Assembly (NCBI GenBank): GCA_051294905.1
Contig: CM119372.1
Location: 22,570,001 to 22,634,000 of the forward strand
Length of the DNA: 64,000 nucleotides
Origin: Botryllus schlosseri
Taxonomy: Eukaryota
Direction of reading: 5' to 3'
Positions within the stretch are counted from its first letter, which is position 1. Every line of letters starts with the position of its first letter. Shown one piece after another: positions 35,359 through 47,534 of this stretch. Below the pieces are notes generated by a model. It saw only the letters and a program-made list of their open reading frames with translations, was not told the DNA's origin and ran no database searches. Both the position numbers and the translations under genes were made by a program.

Positions 35359-36573
35359 TCATATATATCCCACTACCACGTTGAGGCGGTGATCTCGATT
35401 CTACTTTTTTACATGGTTGGAATCAATGTGCCGTTCTAATAGGCTGGATTTCATGGTCGCGTTGGAAAGAGCTTTCATATAAACCACACATTGTGGCAAA
35501 CATTGCCCCCGGTCTTCAACTTGATTCATTTGGTCCTGGGTAAAAAATTATCCTGCTCATTGGCGCAGCCAAGAGTGGGCCAAGGGGGTAAATTAACACA
35601 AGGAAGAGAATTTTTGAGCAGATATAGGCTATTCAGCTTGAAATTTCAGTAGTTTTCAGTTGTTGAGCAGCCGCCTCTCGATGAATAAAAATTAAAAAAT
35701 AGGCCTAAATAAAAATACGCATGATTTACAGAATGGAATCAAACTGTAGGCTTATTCGTGTCTGCTGCTTGTGATTGCGGGACTATATTTTGACACCAGC
35801 TTTTCGGCGCCAAAAAGACACACCAGATAACACGAATAAGTGTGATCCCAGAAAGATCGCCGGCGATAGAGCCGTTGCCGAAGATCGCGCAGGATAGCCC
35901 TGCTGTATTTGCATCTGGGTCCTGCGGTACAAACGCGACGAGCAGACGAGGCATTGAATATTGCGCTCCGTGAATAAATGCAAATTGGGACTCGTGAGCA
36001 TTTCACCAAATACATTTCTCTTTTATTCAGTTGTGGTAGGCGAGAGCGATCATTTTGAGTGACTACAACTTTCGCTGGAGGTCACGAAATAACAGCATGC
36101 TTAAACTATGTAGGGGAGATGTACCGATGAGACACCGGGACCATAAATAGGCTACTTGAAATTTTTTTTATGATAATCCCATGATTACACTCCGTGAATT
36201 GGTTAAATTTGTCGACAATTGCATGCTTGCAGGATCTTCCCTCCCATGCAAAAGACTTCGACCTGCGCGAGTTATGGATGGGGGTCTCTGACATATATTT
36301 TCTATTTTTGGGGTGTCAAATAAATTTCGATCGACGAATAGGCCTACATTTTCTTAGTAAAAAGCATCAATAATTTTTATATGAAGTTCAGGCCTTGTAT
36401 CAGACTAACGCCACATATATTTTCAATCAATACCATCCTTGAGTGGATTTTTTTCAATTCAATTACAAAATTTATAGATTGGGAGGCTGACGATACCATT
36501 GCCAAATCAAGCAAAATATTTACACTGACTAATCATGCAGCAACATAAACCACATCCATATAGACACTGTATG

Positions 36574-37848
36574 CAGGGCCGTAACAGCACTTCGTCAGGC
36601 CCCCCAAAAAACTTTGGTCTTGGGCCCCCCATAGGGTTATAGATCGAACTTCTGGGGGCTTCGCCCCCCAGACCCCCCTCACGCGATACACTGTTTACCG
36701 CTATTCCTTAGCGAATCAGCTTATATCGCTTAGTGAATCAGCTTGTATCGCCTAGGCGCGCGAACCGCGGACAATTGCCAGAATTCATGATTTCATCGGT
36801 CAGTATGATCGGGAATTGCATGTTATCAACTTTTATCTTCGCCCTGCTCACGTAATCAGACTTGCCGGTAGAGCTGAGTGAGGTGTGTTTGAAAAGATAA
36901 AACCACTCAATAATAATTAAACATCTTCGGGCGTATACCCGTTGGCAGGAACGAAACAGCACCTCGTCAGGCCCCCAAAATGGTGGGTCTTGGGCTCCCA
37001 TAGGGTGATAAAACGACCCCCCCCCATCACGTTGTTCGCGTTCGTCACGAAATTATCTGTACTGAATTGTGAGCCAGCGCGAGGCGCGAAAATTTTCGAT
37101 AATTTATGATAAAATCGGTCAATCAGATCGGCGATTGCATATATATTATGCTATCAATTTATTGTCCTCTCTACTCACGTAATTAGATTTACCGGTAAAG
37201 CTGAGTGAAGTGTCTTGAAAACGGGAGGGCCCGTAAATAATGATTAAACATCTTCGAGCGGGCGGACCCGTTGATATGACTTCGTTACATGATGTTATTT
37301 CGTGACTTCCATAGTCTGCTATATAAAAAAATATAGAATCGCCCAAACGTAGGCTTCTAAACTAAGAGACGCACACGATTTCAAATTGGTATTTCTTCAC
37401 TGGCATAAAATTTTTCCCGGCGGGATGGTATTTGTCTTGTGAGGTTCAGATTGCAAAGACAGGAACATTCGGCGCCAGTCATTTAGGCGGCTATATCAAC
37501 AATTAAACCTATATGTATTTTGTATAGCCTATATAACGAAGTCTTCGGTCTGCATAAGGGCATAGACCTTTTCGGCCAAGCTTTTCTCGCTGCCGATCGT
37601 TCTGGCACACTTCTTGTAGTCGCATGTTATATGGCCTGAAACTTGATTGTATGTCTTGGTGGGTCGTGGCGCCGTAATGGCCCAATTCCCAATAAAATAG
37701 ATAAATGGCTACTTGAATTCGCGTAAATTGCCTAAATTTTCAAAAAATACTCTATGATTTATGCTAATTCACGAAATAATTTTGGGCTCCCTACGAGCTC
37801 GCCCCCCTCCCCAATTGGGGGGTTTGGGGTGCGGCAGTTACGGGGCTG
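36574..37848. mobile_element. hAT-type non-autonomous element (TIR CAGGGCCGTAAC / GTTACGGGGCTG)
   Basis: Perfect TSD ACTGTATG. Internal duplication ~36590-36940 vs ~36960-37260. Confidence 0.85.
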
Positions 37849-40800
37849 ACTGTATGTAACAATTACCTGTGGTGTTCTATAACGAGCTATTTGGAAGTCA
37901 GAATGTCGATTTATGTAGGCCTATGTTGGCTACCCTGAAATTTGCCAGATTGAGCATAAATCGAAACGGGATTCGATGACAACATTTGGGTTATTACTTA
38001 TTATATTTTTGGTGTTTGCAATCAAACATTCTTCTTTCGCTTCCCGTAGCTTAGATTATATTACACGGCAGGGAAAGGAACATTTGAGTTTTTGAGCATA
38101 TGCCTCGCATAGGTCCCCAGGTCGTGTGTTTTCAGATCCGCACCCGGTATGGGGACCGATGATACGTTCGAGCGGCAAATTTTGAGAACGTCAGTAAATT
38201 TGTTTTGAAAAGGCAGTTATTCATGTAGGCCTATATATGCTCGGTAGGTAGAGCTTTTATCAGAGTGTTGAGCCACCAAAAGATCTGCTGTTATATCGGC
38301 CGAAAACTTGGGGGCCAGAGATTATTTTCCAATTTTTGAGTAATCAGTACCCCATCTCCCCTGAAGCCCGCCCGACGCTCACACCCTCCAGAAACTCATA
38401 AATAATTGCGTGCTTTCTGAATATTTCAAGACACCGCTTCTATCAGCTCTACCGGTAACTCTTATAATGGTAACGTAGGCCTATAGGCCTATATGCGGGA
38501 CATTACAGAGTCGCACCCCGAACCCCTCAATTGGGGGAGCTCGAATGAGGGGCCAAAATTACTTCGTAATTAAACATAAATTTATAGAGTATACTGTTTG
38601 ATCGAATCATTAAACTTGAAATTTTTATTCGTGCCTGGTTCAAGATATATATATTTATGTAGCCTACAATAGTCATGTTATTCATATATGTACCTAAATG
38701 GTCGGACCGTATAGTCCTGTCTTGGCAATCTGAGCAAATGCCGCACCCCGTGGATGTAATGTTTACTTGGAATCGTGTGTGTCTCACGAAACAGGTTCTT
38801 CTTTATGCTTAGTCTGGTACATTTGTACGTTTCCTATATCGTTAACCATATAACAGCCGGGATCACAAAATAACAACATAGGCTATAGAACAGATTAATT
38901 AATAACAAGCCCCGTCCCCCGTAGATGTAGGCTATAATTAATTAATTAATTGTAGGCCTATATCATCAACGCGCCATAAACTTTCGAAGGCACCACCTCC
39001 CTTTAGCAGTGTGATCACGTTGGCATTTATATGACATGCGATTACTAATATTATCGACAAAATTCAGTGTCATGAATTAGGTAATTTCTTCGCGCTTCGC
39101 GCCATTATATCTGACATGCACGGTGTGCCTATGCCTACAGGACAATGAAGTCGGGATTTCGAGTAACTGTGACATGGGAGGTCTAGGGGACGAGGGTACG
39201 GTTGATCTCCCTATGGGGTGCCCAAGACCAATGCAAGTAACGATATTTCTCGGTAATGGTTTTCTCGGTATTGATATAGAACAGTTATGGAATATCAGTA
39301 TGCCTCTACTTCTGCGCAAAGCGCGAAATTTTTTCAAAGGTCAGGGATATATATATATCTCTATATCCCTATCAAAGGTAATGGATGAATTTGGTCAATA
39401 ATATCGTTACTTGCATTGGTCTTGGGCCCCCATAGGGCGATCAACCGACCTTCTGCATGGGGGGCTTCGTCCCCTAGACGCTATCCATTGGTATAGAACA
39501 ATGACATGCATGGTGTGCCTAACTGCCTATACATGACAATGAAGTCGGGCTTTCGAGTGGCCGTGACATGGGAGGTCTGGCGTCTGGTTCTAATACCAAT
39601 ACCGAGAATGGAGATTAACGAGGATGGACACCATCACTGAGAATGGCCACCGCTGAGATTGGACACCGCCGAAAATGGACGTGAACTAAATACAATTAGA
39701 AGCCGTCGCCCACACTTCACGCACCACTCGAACATTCTCGCATAGGCCTATACCACATTACTGCGGTAGCCTAACACACTGGAAAACGGGACCCGCATTG
39801 GCGATGGCCAGTTGGTCATTAGCCAGCCCTGAAATATAAGATTTTTCGTTGAACTGATCGCAACATTATGTGAATACGTTTTCAATTTCACAAATGTATA
39901 TAATTGCCGACGATAAAACCGTCTTCGTGGTCCGATATCGCATTGGTTGGTCAGTATAGGCCTATACGCGATGTGGATTTGCGTAGTAACGTCTGGTCCG
40001 TATGTTTGGTTTTCCGTCCGTGTCTTAATTAGTTCCGCCTATTGAAATTTCTTATGTCCACTAAGATCTCAATTTAGATATGAGGGGTCATGTCCCGGGC
40101 ATCAGTCCGCTCAATATGCCGTTCGATCGCGACTTCAACATTTATGTATTAAATCCTTCTCAAAACTGCAAATATTCTAGTTTCAACTCTTCGGTGACAT
40201 ATTTATCCAGCTAAATACCATCAACTATAATTCAGGGTATACTGCTGGTCTAAATCCAGCGAACAATACTCGCAGTTGGCCCCTCATTGTCGGAAATAGA
40301 TCGGATATTCATCAGCTTTCATTGACCTATCTTGAATGGCACTGGCGAAGTTACGCGGCGCGGCGAGGCGAGGCAATACGATAGAGGTGGGTATCTGGTT
40401 GGTCCGACTTTAGGTGATAATCCAGCCTCAGAGATTGTGCCACACAACGGATGAATACATCGGAATTGCGGACGCAATAGCAAATTCCAAGAAGCCCTCT
40501 TCATCCACAAATCGACGTCACAAAGGGTTTTGAATGCTATTGAACGAAGAGCAGTTTCTCCAAACAATATTTTGCGCCCAGAAAGTATATCATCTGTAGT
40601 CCATGTTCGGTAAAATAGCCATTTGTGAAGGGATTTCGTCAGGCATTTGCTTACTCCTGAACTGCTATTTGGACATCTTATATCAGTGGCGACTCGTCCC
40701 GTAAGGAATCTGGGGCACAGTGTCCCACTTTTATTTCTGTTCATTATATATAGACGAGCAATTCAACAGTCCATTACGTCTGGGCTGCGGAGTCGGCAAA

Positions 40801-41065
40801 TTTTACCACTGACACCGACTCCGGCTCCGACTCCGACTCCACACATTTTCAATATACCGACTCCGACTCCGGCTCCGACACCTGAGTCTTTAAACGTACC
40901 GACTCCGACTCCGACTCCAACAGTATTACCAATTTACTTCGAAAATTATATCCCACACAGTCGGTTGAATGACTATCATACAACCACTAAACACGTGCAA
41001 ATATATGATTAACGGTGGCATGCAAAATTGTTTCATTGTGGCACAGCGAGAATTATCCACTATGC

Positions 41066-43549
41066 CAGTGCTTTTCAACCTGTGTGACGGTTCGCACTGG
41101 TGCGAATGAAAAAAATTGCAGTGCGAATGACGGGCATGGTGCGAACGGTGCGAATGAAAATCCCGGATGAGTGCGAATGACGAAGACGGTGCGAACGGTG
41201 CGAATGAAAAACCCGGATTAGTGCGAATGAAAATCGTGAATAATATTTATAAATTTTTCTGAGTTGGAATAATTCAAATAAACCTGATAGGAAAGTCAAG
41301 AGCATCGCTGTAAATTTTGTTGTTGCGACGCAATTGTAAAAACTTATTGTTTAACTTACGACGCACCACTGGCCGTAGCTCTCACAAGCCGTAGTGAATT
41401 AATAATTTCGCACTATAAATATTACCTAACCAAAAGCCTGGTTTGGAAGCTGGTGTAGTGGCAGACGTACAGTATATCAGCCCGTCTGAACCTGCGGCAA
41501 GCTGGGAAAATGACGTCAAATTGACTTTCTGCTTACGTCCGCTAAACAATCATACCTTCGTAATACCTGTTCGATTAGAGCGAGGCACGGGAATAGTAGT
41601 AAATACCGTCATCACAGACTCCCATTTGCAGGTTACTATAACGCAAATTTTACCCCTTCAAGGGTTATTAAAGTATAGGCTGCAAAAGGTATAATTTTGG
41701 GTCGAAACGGTGCCAAAGCTATCTGTTAATAGTCATGTACTATTTGTTGAATTTACTGCAAAAATTCTGCTATAGTTTTTACAAATCTAAGGTCATGGTA
41801 TAGGGTACTGAAGCGAATAAGCGAGACACGCAAAAAATATGGCGTTATCATGATAATTCATGATAAGATTTGCCCGACTGGTTTTTCTGGAAAACATGGT
41901 CGAAGACAGTTGGGATGAACTACTGTAGGTACTAGGGATGTGCAACGAGCAAGTTCAGGTCTATGAGACTTATTCATTTCGAGGCCAATCCCTTCTTCGT
42001 CGGGTCACGCGAAGACGGAAAGTTTTGATCAACAAACGGCTGATAAAATGAGATGCCGAAACATAAGCGTCGACAAAGCCTTGGCCACAAAATTACCGAT
42101 ACTGGACGGCCAAACCATTCGATATGGATATGCTCCATTGACGGCACGGAATAGTCCCGTTCTTGCAATCTAAGTAGACCAGAGGTGTCAAACTCAACTG
42201 ACGTCGCGGGTCAGATTCAACACTTCAGATCGCTCGCGGGCCGCACCTAAATTCCCCATTACCAAAATACCTCAAAATTTATGTCTTATGTTTCATTTGA
42301 ATGCTCCATTAACCAGCGTATATACACAATAGTGTGTTACATTATATTATGGATCATATGGTCGTTTCTATTTTAGCTCTATACCTTCTATTCGCAAACA
42401 GTGGAGTTGACAACAATACGATGATTGGGCGGGTGAGTCAAGTTATAACCCTATAAAGCAGTGGCTCTAACGATACCGTAGTCTCGTGGTTATAATGTTG
42501 CCTATAAACGTGCTCGGCGTGTGCTATCTTGAATGACTATTTAATGGATACCTTTCTTACTGAAAATCTCAACATCTTATAGAAATGTTCTGGATATGAC
42601 AAGCATTTATCAATTTACTCAGAATTGCTTCGCGGGCCGGATGAAATCTCCTGGCGGGCCGTATGTTTGACACCCCTGGAGTAGACAGTAGTTCAACTGC
42701 GACACGCAAAGGAATTTAATTCACCCTAATTTGAAATCGCGTGCATCAGACATAGTTTGTACAGCTGTGTTGGATAGAATTGTGGTGTGCGCGTTCTGTG
42801 TGTCATGCATGTCCGTAAAATCATAACATACTACTGTAATAATAAAAATGAATTGCTTTTCATGGGTGAGGCTCGGGTCGCGAGACGTCACAAAAACTCC
42901 AATTTTGGTGGTAGTCTAAAAGCAGCTTTAAAGTTAATAAACTGTCATGAATTCTGAAGTTAGATTGAGCTAAAGAGCAGAACACACAGTATCGTGAGTT
43001 TATTTGCTCTTATCACATACTCGCGAAATACAAAATGGGAAATTCAAAAAAGTAGGAGCAACGTATCATGAGGTAGCGAGTACTAATGTGCCTACTCTCC
43101 TTGATCATTTGAACCTTATGTTCCAAGACATAAGGCAAAAGCCTCCACACAAACAGGTGGACTTTTCACACTTTCGACATACACGAGCCTCCTACACCTT
43201 TTTGTCAGCTATCAAAATCGATTTTTTTTTCCAACAAGCATTTTTCACTATTGAAAAATACGATGTTGGATAGGAGTGCAGAACAGACTTCAAGACCTGG
43301 CCATCCAAGCACTAGTAGAATGGTTTTAGTGAAATAGTTGAAATCAGAACGAGCGAAAATAGTAGCCTTATTAATGAGACACTTACTTAATAGCTTAAGA
43401 TACAAAGTAGCCAATTTGTTGCATATCTGAGACAATAAATGTTGTAATTTGATCTTCTTTTTGTATGACAATTTTCGGTTAGTTTGTGCGAATGAAATTT
43501 ATTTTACAAAAAAAGTGCGAATGAAGCTCAAAAAGGTTGAAAAGCACTG
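41066..43549. mobile_element. hAT-type element G (TIR CAGTGCTTTTCAACC, GTGCGAATGA subterminal repeats)
   Basis: Perfect TIR and perfect TSD CACTATGC. Confidence 0.92.
42180..42678. mobile_element. hAT-type MITE H (TIR CAG(A/G)GGTGTCAAAC) nested in G
   Basis: TSD aagtagac/gagtagac. Confidence 0.88.
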
Positions 43550-43864
43550 CACTATGCAATTAACATGAAAGAATGATTTGCTAAATATCCTTACTTTTTA
43601 CATTTTATAAGTTTTTATAACATGGACTTTCTACTATCCTAATATGTATGAATCATTCAAATATGACATATATCAAATTCTGTATAATTAAAATGTAGAT
43701 AAAAAATCCAAGTGTAGCTCTTGCACATGTCAGTCAGTCAGTCAGGTTTATTAATATTTTCACCATTTCAAAACATCACAAGACTGCGATACAATGAAAA
43801 GATAGGAAGGTGTCGAAACAACTTGGAGTAGCCTTTAAGATCAGACACCCACCTTAGCCTAGGC

Positions 43865-44203
43865 CAGTGGTTCCCAACGTGGGCAATATCACCCCCCATG
43901 TGGCGATTTGGCGGTCTAGGGGGGCGAAAATGACCAAGGGGGCGATAGGGGGGGCGATGGCGCGTTAAAACGGCTTAATTGGATCCAATTCGAAGAAATG
44001 ACCTTTTTTTAGTCAACCCACGTAAAAGTAGCTGCAAAAGTGTAAAAGTTCGACATCGAGCCGGAAAGTTAACCTTTTTTTTAGTCAACCAACCGGCCAT
44101 TACAGTTCGTATGCTCGTTATCCGGTTCACAAAATTTGGGGGGCGATGATCGGAGTGGAGATTGAAATGGGGGCGATGAGCCGAAAAAGGTTGGGAACCA
44201 CTG
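43865..44203. mobile_element. Family-E MITE (TIR CAGTGGTTCCCAAC)
   Basis: Perfect TSD GCCTAGGC. Confidence 0.93.
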
Positions 44204-44361
44204 GCCTAGGCGAAGTAAAGAAGAGGCATGCACACTGAATGAAAAGTAATGCAGAGAATATAAGACGCAAGCGACAAAATGAGGTGGCATGTGGCGGCTG
44301 GCGAGGTCGATGTTAGGTCGTGGTCCGATAATCCTGCAGACTGGCTAGTATTCATTTAGAA

Positions 44362-45981
44362 CAGTGGTTCCCAACCTTTTCCATCCGCGTACCACTTCGA
44401 GGTTTTATGCAGTGCTCGCGTACCACCTACATAATTTACGCACGACGTAGGCGGTAAAAAAGTTTTAACCATTTATGACGTCATAATCACGTTATTGGAT
44501 ATGTGGGGTGGAGGGCGATTTTTACCTAAAAATTGGAGGATTTTGACCAAATTTTGACTTCACGTACGCAAATTAGGTGTTTTCGCACATAATGTTAAAA
44601 TTGTACTACTTATATTCAATTTTGGTATAGACTGTCTGTCCTTACGAAGTAGTATGGCCTGAAAAAGCCTTTTTGACTTAAAAACTGACAAATTTTGACA
44701 TGAAAAAACATTATTCTAACGGTATCCGGCCAAGTAGTTACACCACGTTTTATGGAGGAGTTAATTAAAATTTGTTGTAGTACGACGAAAGATATTTTCT
44801 TATATTCTCGGGTGGAAATTGTCTGTCCTTACTTAGTAGCTTGCCAAGAATGGAGAAATAGCCTACCGTTTAACAGCAGTGTAGTTGTTGGTTGACAACA
44901 CTGAAACTGTGCGTACTCTGCTGGTGACCCACCATGGTGCTTCATTCTGACAATGTTGTCATTCATACATCACAATTATTCATCATGCGCTTCTTGATAA
45001 AACATCCATGCAATGCCCAAGCAGTCTTGCTTCAGTTAGGATATTACGGTACGTTGAGAATAACTATAGATAACTAACCTACGGATAGATGGGCAAGACG
45101 AGAGTCACGGTCGAGTGATGCGACAACGGCAGATTTGTTGTCGCTTCATAGCATGAAACGGGAGCGTAATTGCTAAGCCCATAGATGACGACCCGAGCGC
45201 TCAAATTAAATAAAGTTTATCTTATTTGAAAGCTACAGTCGCGCTGATTCTGATAATATACATTAAATTTTCATCAAGGCAATGGAACCACCCCGAAATA
45301 GCCTTCAAAATATGAAAATCGGCATTGTTCTAAAACAATTGCAACGGCGCAGCACAATGACCATAACAACGGTCGTGCGTGGTTGCGATTGTTTAGAACA
45401 ATGCCGATTTTCATATTTTGGAGGCTATTTCGGGGGGGTTCCATTGCCTTGATGAAAATTTAATGTATATTATCAGAATCAGCGCGACTGTAGCTTTCAA
45501 ATAAGATAAACTTTATTTAATTTGAGCGCTCGGGTCGTCATCTATGGGATTAGCAATTACGCTCCCGTTTCATGCTGGGAAGCGACAACAAATCTGCCGT
45601 TGTCGCATCACTCGACCGTGACTCTCGTGTTGCCCATCTATCCGTAGGTTAGTTATCTATAGAATAACACCATGTCAATTGTCAACCTATTTGTTTCGTT
45701 TGACAATTTATGATCCACAATGAGCAGACAATGGGCCGCCTACAACAGCAGGCCTATAAAGTATAGGCTTCAAGATTTAAAATATCGAATCTACGATACA
45801 AACGAAATGGAGGGGTCAGAAATCTTTTGACTTTGTAAACAGTTTTGACAATTTTTTGACTTGAACCCACCTGAACTAATAACTTCCTTCGGTCGAAAAA
45901 AAAACAGAATCTACTCGCGTACCACCTGGAAGACATTCGCGTACCACTAAAGGTACGCGTACCACAGGTTGGGAACCACTG
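44362..45981. mobile_element. Family-E MITE with GCGTACCAC subterminal repeats, containing a long palindrome
   Basis: TIR cagtggttcccaacct. Perfect TSD ATTTAGAA. Confidence 0.93.
45064..45662. mobile_element. ~600-bp near-perfect palindromic (fold-back) element
   Basis: Arms ~45064-45345 and ~45382-45662 differ at only a few positions. Flanked by a direct AATAA repeat. Confidence 0.92.
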
Positions 45982-46392
45982 ATTTAGAAGAAATTGCTTG
46001 TATTTCGACTTGAATGCGGACATGCTCGACGACTGTCGGATAGGCGGCGATTGGTGGTACATAGAAATTCTATTGAGAATCCTTTGAAAGCAATTGTTTT
46101 CATGATACAGAAGTTGCGGAGTCGGAGTCGGAGTCGAAGTCAGGGTCATTTTCACAAACTCCGACTCCAACTCCAGTTGGTATTTTTCCACGACTCCGAC
46201 TCCAGCCATTATAGTTTTCATTACTCCGACTCCGACTCTATCAAGCGAAAATTAGCCAAACTCCGACTTCAACTCCACCGACTCCGACTCCACAGCCCCG
46301 CATTATGTATAGACGCACACGCACCGCCATGAAAGTAGCGTCTTTGTCTAGGTTTCGCCTTTATGACTGGACCTCTTTAAGACACGTTAACA

Positions 46393-47534
46393 CAGTGGTT
46401 CCCAACGGGGGGGAATTCCCCCCTTGGGGGGATTTTGAAATTTTTTGGGAGGAATCTGACTTAATTTCTTTAGGGGAAATCTGACTTTGGTATTGTATCG
46501 GAAGATACACTGGGTTCACAAGGTTTTTCGATTTTTATGGTATAGAACTGTTAAGTAGGGTTACCATACGTCCTCTTTTGAGAGGATTTGTCCTCTTTTT
46601 TGACTTTTTTGAAAGCGTCCTTTTGTCCTCTTTTTTGAGATTTTGTCCTCTTTTTTGAAAATTTAGGTCATATTCAGAGCAAAATGCGAGTGATATGCCG
46701 TAAATTAGCACAGCAGTGACGCTCAAACGGTATTTTGAGCTCTGAGCGAAAAGATGACCTTTTTTTTTAGTCAACCACCCGGCAATGTGGAGGAAGAAAC
46801 GGTATTTTGGGCTCTGAGCGGGAAAGTTGACTTTTTTTTTAGTCAACTGATCACAAAGTGGGAAAAGTTCACCGATTTTTGAGAATTCTGCTCCGGTTTT
46901 GCAAGTCTCAAATTTCTGAAAAAGTGTCCTCTTTTTAGATTTCCAAAATATGGTAAGCCTACTGTTAAGTAGAAATTATTTTTTCACAATTGTATGTTTC
47001 TTTGGCGGATTTCAAGGTAGGTATATGTTTAAATGCCTTCCGTAGCTATTACACCCCCTGATAAAGCGAGGCTCACGAGACGATTTCGTTGGGTCCGCGA
47101 CAGCCTCTCGACCAAATTGCTACTAAGCAGAAAAACGTCAAGCCGAATTCAGCACAATGCCGCTAGTGAAATTGTTCAACTTTTTAAGCCAACATATGAG
47201 CTAGCGTGAAAAACATACCGTACCAAATTCATCGATTCAACTCAAGTCCATAGCAAGCGGACTTGGTGATTTATTTTTCGTCAGCGGCTACCCGATCGAT
47301 CAAAAACAGGTCAGATTTTACTGTAGCCTACTTTACCAAAGTTTAGTGCGGTCCGCATTCGCCATAGTTCGGACATATCTGAATATGTTTGGCCATAAAT
47401 TGCTCAGTCAACACATGGTTGCACGTTAAAAAGCACATTATTTTAGTCACAGGCAACTTTTTCATGGGGGGGGGGGATTTTAGCTCAAATATCGGCCAAA
47501 GGGGGCACGAGTCGAAAAAGGTTGGGAACCACTG
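46393..47534. mobile_element. Family-E MITE with nested family-D MITE
   Basis: TIR cagtggttcccaac. Perfect TSD CGTTAACA. Confidence 0.92.
46556..46961. mobile_element. Family-D MITE
   Basis: Perfect TSD CTGTTAAG. Same body as 35009-35358. Confidence 0.93.

Larger units (their letters stand above)
43729..46045 (-). mobile_element. LINE 3' fragment interrupted by two family-E MITEs
   Basis: Removing 43865-44203 and 44362-45981 restores IRQSSSMSAFKSKYKQFLLNEY* plus a 3'UTR, AATAAA and (CTGA)n, matching 33111-33364. Confidence 0.75.
40780..46300. mobile_element. Family-F MITE (TIR C(T/G)GGGCTG(C/T)GGAGTCGG, CCGACT repeats) expanded by nested insertions
   Basis: Ends ctgggctgcggagtcgg / ccgactccacagccccg. 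TSD cattacgt/cattatgt. Confidence 0.85.

Noticed and set aside
40647..41012. Pro-Thr-rich ORF, and the RS/DS-rich ORFs at 45754-46332
   Set aside because: Translation of the CCGACT subterminal repeats of MITE family F.
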